NCBI GenBank assembly: GCA_020349245.1
Contig: CP070764.1
Coordinates: forward strand, 2,770,723-2,834,722
Direction of reading: 5' to 3'
DNA: 64,000 nt
Source of the DNA: Chloroflexota bacterium
GTDB taxonomy: Bacteria; Chloroflexota; Anaerolineae; Anaerolineales; UBA4823
The notes under the pieces were generated by a model. It was not told the DNA's origin. It made no database searches and saw nothing but the letters and a program-made list of their open reading frames with translations. Numbering within the stretch: the first letter of the stretch is position 1; each line of letters starts with the position of its first letter. Positions 21,253 through 30,173 of the stretch are shown piece by piece. The position numbers and the translations under genes are program-made.

Positions 21253-21930
21253 ATGAGCGCTCGAATTTTAGTGATTGAAGATGATGAGGCGATTCTAAAA
21301 TTTCTCCGTCGCGGCTTGGCTTACGAAGGTTATCAAGTAGATATTGCCACAGATGGGCAAATGGGATTGGGTTTAGCCAGGGATAATCCCCCCGATCTGG
21401 TGGTTTTGGACTTAATGCTACCTGGTATTGATGGTCTCGAAGTCTGCCGCCGTTTGCGTGCTGGCGGACCAGTACCAATCCTTATCCTTACAGCAAAAGA
21501 TTCAGTGAATGACCGCGTGCTTGGCCTGGACATGGGCGCCGATGACTACATGGTCAAGCCATTTAACCTGGATGAAGTCTTGGCACGTATCCGCGCATTA
21601 CTGCGCCGGGCACAGCCCAGCCGTCCCCAAGTTCTCCGCTTTGCTGACCTTTCTCTGGATACAGGCACTCGCCAGGCATATCGCGGTGATAGGACAATTT
21701 CCCTTACCGCGAAAGAATATGAACTCCTAGAGCTCTTCATGCGCCATCCGCGTCAGGTTTTAACTCGGGATGTGATCTTTGATCGTGTTTGGGGATATGA
21801 CTTTGGAGGGGAAAGCAACATCATTGAAGTCTATATCCGCTACTTACGCCAGAAATTAGAAGTCGACGAAGAATCCCGCTTGATTCATACTGTTCGTGGA
21901 ATGGGTTACGTTCTGAGAGAACCCGCTTAA
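21253..21930 (+). CDS. OmpR-family response regulator
   Basis: Receiver domain ([26 protein letters not shown]) plus winged-helix output domain (VRGMGYVL). Confidence 0.92.
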   Translation: MSARILVIEDDEAILKFLRRGLAYEGYQVDIATDGQMGLGLARDNPPDLVVLDLMLPGIDGLEVCRRLRAGGPVPILILTAKDSVNDRVLGLDMGADDYMVKPFNLDEVLARIRALLRRAQPSRPQVLRFADLSLDTGTRQAYRGDRTISLTAKEYELLELFMRHPRQVLTRDVIFDRVWGYDFGGESNIIEVYIRYLRQKLEVDEESRLIHTVRGMGYVLREPA

Positions 21931-21939
21931 ACTCTCAGA

Positions 21940-23322
21940 ATGTCCCTGCGCGCCCGGCTAACCCTCCTTTACACATCACTTCTTGGTGGCATCCTGCTGC
22001 TCTTCGGAGTTGCAGTCTACCTTATCATTAGCTTTCTTCTTATCGCCCAGGTCGATCTGGCTTTACAACAAGCCTTTGATGAGATTCGCGCCGCAAATGT
22101 CCAGGCGGTCGGGAACATGGAAATCCTTTCACTCCCACCACTGGATTTAACCGGCAGCGTCTATGTCCAGGCCTGGGATCGGAGAGGTGAACTCCAGGAT
22201 AAGAATTACACGGGAGAATTTAGCCATCCCTTTGATCCGCTTGGGTTGCAATCTTCCATCCCAGTTTACCGGAACGTCTATATCGAAGATATCCATCTTC
22301 GGGTGCTCAGTGTACCCCTGGTTATTGGAAATCGTCCCATTGGAACCCTGCAGCTGGCAGCCAACCTCGTGCTTGTCGATCGAACACTCAATTTACTGGT
22401 TACTGTCTTGCTGATGAGCTCCATTATTGCCATGGCTGTCGCTGCGGTCGTCGGATGGCTGACAACTCGCAGAGCATTGGCACCCCTGGAAGCGGTCACC
22501 CAAACTGCGCTTCGTATTACCAGGGCGGATGACCTCTCTCGGAGGATTTCCTACCAAGGCCCGCCAGATGATGAAGTCGGCCAGTTAATCCTTGCTTTCA
22601 ATCAAACACTTCTCCGTCTTGAGAACCTCTTCAATACCCAGAGACGATTCTTGGCGGATGTCGGGCACGAGCTGCGTACCCCACTGACAGTGATCAAAGG
22701 GAATGTCGACCTGATGCAGCGGTTCGGCAGCTTCGATGAGGAATCCTTAACCAGTATCGAGAACGAAGTCGACCGGCTGACCCGCATGGTGGGAGACCTG
22801 CTCCTTCTTGCCCAAGCTGAATCGGGAAAACTTCCCCTCGATATCCACCTAGTTGAGCTGGATACTCTGGTTTTGGAGGTTCTCAACCAGATGGGCGTTC
22901 TGGCCAGAGAAAAGCTAACCCTGCGCCTTGGAGAGATGGACCAAGTATTAGTTTGCGGTGATCAGGACAGGCTGAAACAGGTCCTGGTTAATTTAGTCGG
23001 GAATGCCATCAACTATACGCCGAGTGGCGGCACTGTAACGATCAGCCTTGGAAAAGTTGATCATCAGTCAAGGTTAACCATCCACGATACTGGCCCCGGG
23101 ATTCCCAGCGAAGATCTGCCTCACGTCTTTGAACGATTCTACAGGGGTGAAAAATCGCGTACCCGCTCACCGGATGGCAAGGGTTTTGGTCTTGGGTTAT
23201 CGATTGCTTATTGGATTATTCGTAACCATGGGGGCAGTATAGAAGTCGAATCACCGGAAGGTGAAGGAACAACTTTCTTCGTCTGGTTACCTCTTGCCAA
23301 GGAAGACTGCCAATCGGCATAA
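21940..23322 (+). CDS. Sensor histidine kinase (2 TM, HAMP, HisKA, HATPase_c)
   Basis: H-box FLADVGHELRTPLT, N-box LVGNAINYTP, G1 DTGPGI, G2 GFGLGLSIA. Confidence 0.92.
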   Translation: MSLRARLTLLYTSLLGGILLLFGVAVYLIISFLLIAQVDLALQQAFDEIRAANVQAVGNMEILSLPPLDLTGSVYVQAWDRRGELQDKNYTGEFSHPFDPLGLQSSIPVYRNVYIEDIHLRVLSVPLVIGNRPIGTLQLAANLVLVDRTLNLLVTVLLMSSIIAMAVAAVVGWLTTRRALAPLEAVTQTALRITRADDLSRRISYQGPPDDEVGQLILAFNQTLLRLENLFNTQRRFLADVGHELRTPLTVIKGNVDLMQRFGSFDEESLTSIENEVDRLTRMVGDLLLLAQAESGKLPLDIHLVELDTLVLEVLNQMGVLAREKLTLRLGEMDQVLVCGDQDRLKQVLVNLVGNAINYTPSGGTVTISLGKVDHQSRLTIHDTGPGIPSEDLPHVFERFYRGEKSRTRSPDGKGFGLGLSIAYWIIRNHGGSIEVESPEGEGTTFFVWLPLAKEDCQSA

Positions 23323-23342
23323 TTAATAACCCATTGCTTCTA

Positions 23343-23381
23343 AATAAATCCCCAGGCAAAATTGATGCCTGGGGATTTATT
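23343..23381. terminator. Bidirectional terminator between convergent genes
   Basis: Perfect 15-bp stem aataaatccccaggc / gcctggggatttatt with a 9-nt loop, A/T-rich on both sides. Confidence 0.8.
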
Positions 23382-23433
23382 AATTTAGCACTTTTGATTC
23401 CTACCAAACAAACTTGTTCAGGTTTTAGGAGGA

Positions 23434-24150
23434 TTATCGAGAGCTGTTGCTCCTGTTCCTTCCAGATGCGCTCATTGAAAGCGGGTGGTAAGTCGGTTCC
23501 GTCCGGGAGTAGGATTGTTCCGGTTGTGGGGTTGGTTTGTAACCAGTACGTGTTGCAGGTTTTCTGGCCTGAACGGGGGTGCTGTTATCGCGCATATTTT
23601 GGGGTCTTGAGGGGAGAGTGCTTGGGCGATATTGCGAAGACTGGCTGAATAGGCGATCACCAGCGACAGAAAACGTCCCGATGATCAATACCCGGATTAA
23701 CCAAACCAGGATTGCCACGAACAGTGGGACCACCTTCAAAAGCGTTTGCCGGTCAACTACAGCATTACCCAGACTTTCATGGTTGAGCAGTGCTATGGAG
23801 ACACCCCACCAAGTCAGCATGGCATTCATCGTGGCAGCCAGCAACCAAGCACCAAATAAGTACCACACCTCGTTGGCATCTTTTGACCCTTCCTCAGGAG
23901 TAAACAGCCTGGCGATTCCTGCAAAATCGATCCCGCAAAAGGCAAGTGCCAAGATCGTTGCCCAGCTGATCCCCAGGAAATCCAGGTCGCCAAGCAAGTC
24001 AGACAGGGCAAATTCGGTTGTACTGTAATTGAATAATTCAAAGGCCAGCAATGCGGAAATTATCATCAAACCGAATGCCAAGCCACGCCGAAAGCTGAAG
24101 CGGGTGAGGGCTGTATTGATTTTTTGATTTCTAGCAATTGATAAATTCAT
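23434..24150 (-). CDS. Hypothetical membrane protein (about 4 TM plus a Pro/Ser/Thr/Arg-rich tail), putatively LexA-regulated
   Basis: ATG at 24150 lies 6 nt after GGAGG (the track start 24165 is a TTG). Hydrophobic helices are followed by a low-complexity C-terminus. No recognisable family. Confidence 0.6.
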   Translation of the reverse strand: MNLSIARNQKINTALTRFSFRRGLAFGLMIISALLAFELFNYSTTEFALSDLLGDLDFLGISWATILALAFCGIDFAGIARLFTPEEGSKDANEVWYLFGAWLLAATMNAMLTWWGVSIALLNHESLGNAVVDRQTLLKVVPLFVAILVWLIRVLIIGTFSVAGDRLFSQSSQYRPSTLPSRPQNMRDNSTPVQARKPATRTGYKPTPQPEQSYSRTEPTYHPLSMSASGRNRSNSSR

Positions 24151-24240
24151 TTCGTACCTCCTCAAACCTTTTCACAATAGGGATCTAATTTGAGCGTTAT
24201 TAGGAAGATTTTCTTCCAGGATAATGCCAATCTAGCTTAT

Positions 24241-24269
24241 AATATAGAACATATGTTCTTATTTGTCAA
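24241..24269 (-). promoter_or_regulatory. Sigma-70-like promoter (TTGACA-17-TATATT) for the 23434-24150 gene
   Basis: The minus strand reads ttgaca aataagaacatatgttc tatatt. The 17-nt spacer contains LexA box 1. Confidence 0.6.
24246..24259. promoter_or_regulatory. LexA (SOS) box 1, Cheo-type AGAAC-N4-GTTCT
   Basis: AGAACATATGTTCT is a perfect 14-nt palindrome matching the Gram-positive/Chloroflexi GAAC-N4-GTTC consensus. Confidence 0.65.
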
Positions 24270-24294
24270 GAGGCAATTTCCGCCCGCTGCGGTA

Positions 24295-24323
24295 TTGACG
24301 GAATAGAACATATGTGCTATTTT
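24295..24323 (+). promoter_or_regulatory. Sigma-70-like promoter (TTGACG-17-TATTTT) for the SLT gene
   Basis: ttgacg at 24295-24300, a 17-nt spacer containing LexA box 2, then tatttt at 24318-24323. Confidence 0.5.
24305..24318. promoter_or_regulatory. LexA (SOS) box 2, one mismatch
   Basis: AGAACATATGTGCT matches box 1 at 13/14 positions. The flanking TAGAACATATGT is identical in both copies. Confidence 0.55.
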
Positions 24324-24377
24324 AATCAGGACCCAGAATTATGTCAACCCGAGAATATATTGGTCTAGGAGCAGCAA

Positions 24378-24998
24378 ATGAATAATGTCAGACAATTTCT
24401 CATCCCCGGGGCTATTTTTGGCAGTCTTGCTTTAGCTTCATTTGGTTATTCTGTGATGGCTAGCGTTCCAGCAAGCGACTTACCTGCTGGAGAAGTTCAG
24501 CTCTTCACCCTATCTGATAGCGAACAGGACATGGTGGACCCCGAAATTGATTCCGAAGAAAATCCGGGCGATCAATCAAGCTGCAAGATCAGCCAATCAT
24601 TCCCCCATGAAATACGGAAATGGTGCAATCAAATCATGCGCCATTCAGCAAAGAACAATTTGGATCCCAACCTGGTTGCCGCCCTGATCTGGCAGGAAAG
24701 CGGAGGCAACCCATCCGCCTACTCCAGGAGCGGCGCGGTTGGATTAATGCAGGTCATGCCCCGGGATGGAATTGCCGCTTCTTTTCAGTGTATTAATGGC
24801 CCCTGTTTTACGAACCGCCCGACCATCCGCGAACTAGAAAGGCCAAATTTTAATATCAAGTATGGAACTGGTATGCTGGCTGGATTGTTGAACAAATATG
24901 GCAACCTCAGAGAGGCATTGAAATATTATGGCCCAATGGATGTTGGCTACAGCTACGCAGACAAGGTGCTGCAAATTTTCAAGGCAAATGGCGGCTAA
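24378..24998 (+). CDS. Secreted/membrane-anchored SLT-domain lytic transglycosylase
   Basis: N-terminal hydrophobic anchor. SLT catalytic motif LVAALIWQESGGNPSAYSRSGAVGLMQVMP. Confidence 0.8.
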   Translation: MNNVRQFLIPGAIFGSLALASFGYSVMASVPASDLPAGEVQLFTLSDSEQDMVDPEIDSEENPGDQSSCKISQSFPHEIRKWCNQIMRHSAKNNLDPNLVAALIWQESGGNPSAYSRSGAVGLMQVMPRDGIAASFQCINGPCFTNRPTIRELERPNFNIKYGTGMLAGLLNKYGNLREALKYYGPMDVGYSYADKVLQIFKANGG

Positions 24999-25390
24999 CT
25001 CTTCTCCCCGGAAACTAAATGAAAATGCAGTTGGGGAAACTTCTGATATTCACCCCCATTAACGATCAGTCGATAACCTTGCTCGGCCAAGTTAAATTCC
25101 TGAACCAGATCGCGCACAACCATAAATACATCCTGCAAGAATTGACCCTCCTGGGGATCAAATTGGGAGATATCGCGAATTTTTAATTTGGGCACCAATA
25201 GGATATGCAGAGGATATTCTGGTTGGGGGTGATGAAAAACAAATAGCGAATCGGTTTCGCTGATCTTTCGAACTGGCAGATATTCACTCATATTAGCCAA
25301 TCCCCAGATAAATAATTTTTGAAATGGTTCACACCCCGCCATAAAGTTAATAAGGCTCGAAGAGTATAAACCTGGTCCAGACGATGCCAT
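24995..25390 (-). CDS. HIT-family (histidine triad) protein
   Basis: HILLVPK block and C-terminal histidine triad HFHLVSG. The start codon is uncertain (internal Met candidates exist). Confidence 0.75.
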   Translation of the reverse strand: MASSGPGLYSSSLINFMAGCEPFQKLFIWGLANMSEYLPVRKISETDSLFVFHHPQPEYPLHILLVPKLKIRDISQFDPQEGQFLQDVFMVVRDLVQEFNLAEQGYRLIVNGGEYQKFPQLHFHLVSGEKS

Positions 25391-25405
25391 TACGAATCCA
25401 GAGCC

Positions 25406-25894
25406 TCAATTGGAGAACTTTCCGACAGCAGGAAAAGGATAGAATACAACCTGATGATCAACGAGGCGTCCGGATTGGTAGGTGAATTTCCCGGAGAAAA
25501 ATTCCTTTCGTTCCAGCCATGGCAAGAATATTAAATCCCCCTCCCAAAGGTTGAGGCGCAACAAATCATCATCATCGATCCATTTCAAAACCCCTTCGCG
25601 GGATTCGATCAGTTGACCCGAATAACCACGGGCGACAAACAGGAATGTATACCAATCTTCATTATTAGAGAACTTTGGAAAGGTGATTATCCCTCTCAGT
25701 TGCGGTGACACAATTGTCAGCCCTGATTCCTCCCGAACCTCGCGGATTACGCATTCCTCAGGAGTCTCTCCTGGAAGTAGCTTTCCACCCAGACCGTTCC
25801 ATTTCCCCTGGTGCATGTCATTTTCCTTCTTGATGCGGTGGATCATCAGCGTTTTTCCATCCACCTTCAGGTAGCACAAGGTTGCCAGCTTCAT
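25406..25894 (-). CDS. NUDIX hydrolase (MutT-like)
   Basis: Nudix box GGKLLPGETPEECVIREVREESGL. ATG at 25894 gives MKLATLCYL... The track ORF extends to 25942. Confidence 0.85.
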   Translation of the reverse strand: MKLATLCYLKVDGKTLMIHRIKKENDMHQGKWNGLGGKLLPGETPEECVIREVREESGLTIVSPQLRGIITFPKFSNNEDWYTFLFVARGYSGQLIESREGVLKWIDDDDLLRLNLWEGDLIFLPWLERKEFFSGKFTYQSGRLVDHQVVFYPFPAVGKFSN

Positions 25895-26150
25895 CCTGTC
25901 ATATCCTGTTAACTTACATCCCATAAATTCTTTATTGCGCAAGTTTCAGGCATTCAAAACTCAGCCAGAGACTGCTGCGCTATGAATTGCAGTTGTATCC
26001 AATGAGCGAATCCTGGAATCAAACCTGGAACCCGGGGCTCACCTGGTTTTCGCAAGGGTACTGCACAAGAACCGATACCACTGCTGAATCCACGCTCGAG
26101 ACTTCCCAAGACACTCAGCACGCAATCTGAATAATTTGGGACATTCGGAT

Positions 26151-26873
26151 TCAGTGCCAAGGATTTTCCATCGTTTGAATCAATACCGGCGTCCCGATCT
26201 TTATATTTACCCTGCGGGTAACCAGCCACAAGACCAATTCTGCGATATCTTCCGGGTAGAGACATTTGCTGTGATCCAATCCAGACGATTCCTTAGTCAT
26301 CTCAGTAACAACCATACCCGGACAGATTGTATCTACCCGAATCCCAAAGTCTTGGTTCTCACGCTGAATGAACTCCCCCAGGGCATTGAGGGCGTGCTTT
26401 GCGACACCATAAGCACCATTCCCCTGGTAATATTCAAGCCCAGATTCCGAGCTGATGTTAATGATATGTCCCTGTTTTCTTTCCCGCATCATCGGCAAGA
26501 CTGCCCTTGCAGTTAAGAACGGTCCTCGCAGATTCGTAGCCAGCACCTGATCCCAGGTCTGGACATCGTGATCGTGGATATAACCCCCGCCATCAATCCC
26601 TGCGTTGTTGATTAAAATATCCACCTGCCCAAAAGTGTTTTGTGTGGTCTCTAGCAAGCGAGCGACATCCTCTTCCAAAGAGACATCCCCGGCTACCGCT
26701 AAGCATTCACCACCCCGGGCAGAAATTTCCTGCAGCGTCCTGTCCAATGGCACTCTTCGCCTCCCATTCAAGACGACTTTGCAGCCTTGTTGCGAGAGTC
26801 TCAAGGCGATACCCTGCCCAATACCTGTACCTCCACCAGTGATAATCGCTACTTTTCCAATCAAATCCAGCAT
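26151..26873 (-). CDS. Short-chain dehydrogenase/reductase (SDR)
   Basis: TGGGTGIG cofactor motif, NNAG, and catalytic YGVAKHAL (YxxxK). ATG at 26873 is preceded by GAGGTG. The track start 26885 is a TTG overlapping the upstream stop. Confidence 0.9.
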   Translation of the reverse strand: MLDLIGKVAIITGGGTGIGQGIALRLSQQGCKVVLNGRRRVPLDRTLQEISARGGECLAVAGDVSLEEDVARLLETTQNTFGQVDILINNAGIDGGGYIHDHDVQTWDQVLATNLRGPFLTARAVLPMMRERKQGHIINISSESGLEYYQGNGAYGVAKHALNALGEFIQRENQDFGIRVDTICPGMVVTEMTKESSGLDHSKCLYPEDIAELVLWLVTRRVNIKIGTPVLIQTMENPWH

Positions 26874-26881
26874 CAAGCACC

Positions 26882-27853
26882 TCAAACTTTCATGGATAAA
26901 CCTGCGACAGCGTTGATATCGTGCACTTCGGGGAGAATTTTCTGCCAGTGAATCGAATCGAGAGGCGATGAAAATAATTCTCCGTTTGATAATACTGCCA
27001 GCAGCTGCGCCCCAACCTGGGTAAAACGCTCCACCATGTGGTTGCGCCAGGGCAGATCAAGTCCCCTGGACGCGTCTTGCCAGGTAACGCCCCCATCCCA
27101 AGTCATTTCGATACGCCCATTTCGATCAACCCAATCTGCAGAGCCCACCAGCATATGGCCAGGATCCTTTGGATCCCACCATGCTGCCCGGCAATAACAA
27201 TCCGGGTAGCAGTTAACCCAAGTTTCACCGGCATCTGCGGAGATAAACAGGCCTCCACCAGTTGTTGCAGCAACCAGATCACCTGAACTGGGATGGGTGA
27301 TTATCGCGTGCACATCCGGGTGAATATTCTCATCCGCGGAAGGGCTTTTCCTGCCAAGATTCCAGGTTACTCCCCGATCCCTGGAGACTAATATCCCACC
27401 AACTTCTACTGCTGCATAGGCAACCAGTCCGCTGAAAGCAAAGCTGCGAACACACCCCGCTTCCGGTGAATAGGGCAGGTACCAACCCAGCTGCTGCCTC
27501 ATCTCAGCTACCTCTGAACAGAATTTCCAGGAGATGCCGCCATCCCGGGACAGGAAAATTCCGGCTGGTTCCGTACCTGCACATACCTTTCGAGGCTGAT
27601 CGGGATCGGCGGCGATCCAACGAATCTGGCGTATGGACAAACCCTGGTTGACTGCCCGCCAAGAAATACCCGCGTCATCTGAGCGAAAGATGCCCACTCG
27701 CGTGGCTGCTAACCAAATATCTCCATTAATCACGATACTGGTCACAGAAGCTCCTTGTAGCTCACGCTGGATAACCTGCCAACCAGCAGCTTCCTTGGCA
27801 CAAATCGCAATTCCATGGGAAGTGGCTAAACACAGTACCTTGCGATCGTTCAT
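26882..27853 (-). CDS. BNR/Asp-box repeat beta-propeller protein (Ycf48/sialidase-like fold)
   Basis: Five SxDxGxxW-type repeats (SDDAGISW, SRDGGISW, SRDRGVTW, SADAGETW, TWDGGVTW). The start ATG overlaps the HerA stop by 1 nt (TAATG). Confidence 0.8.
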   Translation of the reverse strand: MNDRKVLCLATSHGIAICAKEAAGWQVIQRELQGASVTSIVINGDIWLAATRVGIFRSDDAGISWRAVNQGLSIRQIRWIAADPDQPRKVCAGTEPAGIFLSRDGGISWKFCSEVAEMRQQLGWYLPYSPEAGCVRSFAFSGLVAYAAVEVGGILVSRDRGVTWNLGRKSPSADENIHPDVHAIITHPSSGDLVAATTGGGLFISADAGETWVNCYPDCYCRAAWWDPKDPGHMLVGSADWVDRNGRIEMTWDGGVTWQDASRGLDLPWRNHMVERFTQVGAQLLAVLSNGELFSSPLDSIHWQKILPEVHDINAVAGLSMKV

Positions 27854-29550
27854 TAAAAACCCAGTTCTTCCAAGATCTCAGCTTCACCCCTTTTCCCCCT
27901 TCCAGAACCCAACAAATCTTCCCAGAAATTCTGGTCATAGCGGCGGGAGGAAACCGGCAGCGGCATGGGGACGCCCCAACCAAGGAGGAGAACTTCCTCC
28001 TTGGGCTGGAGACGGGCCAACATACCACGCAGCGCTTCCCGCCCAGCCAGACCAGATAGCACCGCCCGAATATCATCATCATCACCCAGCCAACCAGAGA
28101 TACGGGTGCCGAGCTGCGACAGAACCTCATCATAGATTTGCGATGGTCGCTGGTCCACGATCAGCAGAGTGACGTAATATTTACGCATTTCCCTGGCGAT
28201 GGTGCTGAACGTAGTCTGCACGGCCATTTCCCGGTTGAGCAGCTTGTGGGCTTCCTCCAGCACGATCACCAGCGGTCGCGGTTCCCTATCCCCCTTTGCG
28301 CGGTACTCGTTTGTCCGTTTTTCCCATACCTGGCGGATGCGCCTGGTGAGGAGATTTGTCACCAGCAGGTAGTCCAAGTCTTTATCATGGTCACCAAACG
28401 AGAGCACGATATGCTGACCTGCATCCAGCGCTTTAATTATTTCACTCACCGTATCACTCGCTGGTTGATCAACAATGTAGGTTCTGCGGAAGAGTGGTCC
28501 CATTTTTGAATGCAGGCCTTTGGCTGCTTCAGGATGCACCCCTGCTTCCAAAGCCCAGGCTTCCACGCTATCCGGCGCGGCTATCTTTTTTCCATCTTGA
28601 TCTTCTATCACCGCTCCAGGCTTTAACCCCATGAATCTTTTATACCAGTGATCCTTGCCAAATGTCGCCACCAAAGCGTCCAATGTCGTCGGCGTGGTTT
28701 CTCGAAGGTTGAGCTCCCGGGTGAGCAGCTCGATATCTTCAGGCTGGATATCCTGCATAGCGATTTCAAGATTGAAATCCGGCGCCTGGCCGCGAATTTG
28801 AGCACCTTGCCCCAGGCCAACCACTCTCACCCGGCTGTGAAATTTCGACTTCAATCCAATGACCCGTTCGCCGGTGTCTGAGGCAGTATCATCGAAACCG
28901 TACTCATTATGCATATCAAAAACCAAGATGGATGAGCGATTGTAGTGGATCAAGCCTGCCAGCACCAGGCGGGTCAGGAAAGACTTGCCTGTACCAGTAG
29001 CCCCAAAAACGCCTGATGAACGCTGAACGAACTTCTCCAAGTTGAGACAAACTGGGTGGGCCTGTTCCCGGGTGTAGCCGATGACGAAGTTTCCTTCCTT
29101 TTCAGCTTCGCCAAATATCTCGGCAATATCTCCAGGGGTGGCCATTCGAACACCCGCATGGTGCGGGGGGATGGTCTTCACCGGTAAAGGCCTCGGTCGT
29201 GGGCGGGTGCCAGATTCGATTTCAGCCAGCCAGGTCTGGTACTCCGGGGTCTCCAGGCTTGGGCCACGCTCCAGCATCAGCGCCGGGAGGACCTCTAGAT
29301 TGGTGAATAAGGTCTGCCCGTGAAGCAGGTTAGCCAGCTCCCCGGGCAGTCGCGCCTCGCTTTGTTCATCAGCAAACCTTGGATCGGTCGCCCCAAGGAG
29401 CAAATCTGTCACCAGGCCATAAAACAGCCAATTCCCACTTTCAATGACCGCAAAGGCACCTTCTTGTATTTGGTGCGAAGGCACCGTGAGGCGAACGCTG
29501 AGGTTTTCCTTAAGACCACCCCCAACCACATAGCCAATATACTCGGTCAT
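27853..29550 (-). CDS. HerA-like (DUF87/FtsK-HerA superfamily) ATPase with N-terminal HAS-barrel
   Basis: Walker A GATGTGKSF, Walker B/DEAH-like VIVLEEAH, and the C-terminal block LLIVDQRPSQI. ATG at 29550 forms an ATGA overlap with the upstream stop. The alternative start is 29568. Confidence 0.85.
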   Translation of the reverse strand: MTEYIGYVVGGGLKENLSVRLTVPSHQIQEGAFAVIESGNWLFYGLVTDLLLGATDPRFADEQSEARLPGELANLLHGQTLFTNLEVLPALMLERGPSLETPEYQTWLAEIESGTRPRPRPLPVKTIPPHHAGVRMATPGDIAEIFGEAEKEGNFVIGYTREQAHPVCLNLEKFVQRSSGVFGATGTGKSFLTRLVLAGLIHYNRSSILVFDMHNEYGFDDTASDTGERVIGLKSKFHSRVRVVGLGQGAQIRGQAPDFNLEIAMQDIQPEDIELLTRELNLRETTPTTLDALVATFGKDHWYKRFMGLKPGAVIEDQDGKKIAAPDSVEAWALEAGVHPEAAKGLHSKMGPLFRRTYIVDQPASDTVSEIIKALDAGQHIVLSFGDHDKDLDYLLVTNLLTRRIRQVWEKRTNEYRAKGDREPRPLVIVLEEAHKLLNREMAVQTTFSTIAREMRKYYVTLLIVDQRPSQIYDEVLSQLGTRISGWLGDDDDIRAVLSGLAGREALRGMLARLQPKEEVLLLGWGVPMPLPVSSRRYDQNFWEDLLGSGRGKRGEAEILEELGF

Positions 29551-30173
29551 GATCGAATTTCCTCCCATGCTTCTGGGACTGCATCAGCCAGGGTGCTGAT
29601 CACCCGCATCAAGGTTGCATAATCATCCCGCAGCAGGATAATCAATTCCCGGGTCGCCTGCCGCGCCCAACTCTGATTTCCTGTCCGTTTCTGAGCCTCC
29701 TGCACTTGCTTCAGATGAGCCGCCAGCAGGTCGCTCACCGGTAACTCGCTACGGCTCAAGATGTGACGAAAATATCCGAATCGTCCAGTAGAGGTAAATC
29801 TCTGCACTTCTCCTTCTTCACATAAATAGATCGCGTCGAGACTCAGTGCAGGTCTGGGTGGGAGCAGGTGGGATATTTGTCCCTCCTCAAGGTAGCCCAC
29901 TGAGAGGACACTCATTTCGATGGGCACGTTCCGGTTAACCCGGTTGTCTGCGATGACTGCGTCATCGATTCTTTCCGTCGTCACCAGCTGGCGGATCAAC
30001 CCATCATCATCAATATGGATATCATAGATGAGACCATAAATCTGGTAGCTATCTTCCACCGGCACCCGGACGAGGGCACCGAAAGATGGTGCGCTAATCT
30101 GGGAAACCCGGCAACCAACCACGAAACCGGTTGTGCCTGCTCGCAATAATCGTCCAATTTCAATTGTCCTCAT
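29547..30173 (-). CDS. Standalone HAS-barrel-like protein (paralogous to the HerA N-terminus) with a helical C-terminal half; hypothetical
   Basis: By eye, the N-terminal ~100 aa align to the HerA N-terminus (IGRLL..FGALVRV...QIYGLIYDI vs IGYVV..GAFAVIE...LFYGLVTDL; MSVLSVGYLEEG vs LEVLPALMLERG). There are ATGA overlaps at both ends. Confidence 0.55.
   Translation of the reverse strand: MRTIEIGRLLRAGTTGFVVGCRVSQISAPSFGALVRVPVEDSYQIYGLIYDIHIDDDGLIRQLVTTERIDDAVIADNRVNRNVPIEMSVLSVGYLEEGQISHLLPPRPALSLDAIYLCEEGEVQRFTSTGRFGYFRHILSRSELPVSDLLAAHLKQVQEAQKRTGNQSWARQATRELIILLRDDYATLMRVISTLADAVPEAWEEIRS

Noticed and set aside
23579-24028. 149-aa plus-strand ORF
   Set aside because: It is antisense to the membrane protein gene. 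It has no RBS and lies downstream of a bidirectional terminator.
25990-26110. Possible tRNA/tRNA-Sec-like or SRP-like RNA on the minus strand
   Set aside because: A hand-folding attempt found no 7-bp acceptor stem. The T-arm candidates (ccagg...ccagg) are direct repeats, not complementary. No SRP GGAA/AGCA motif is present.
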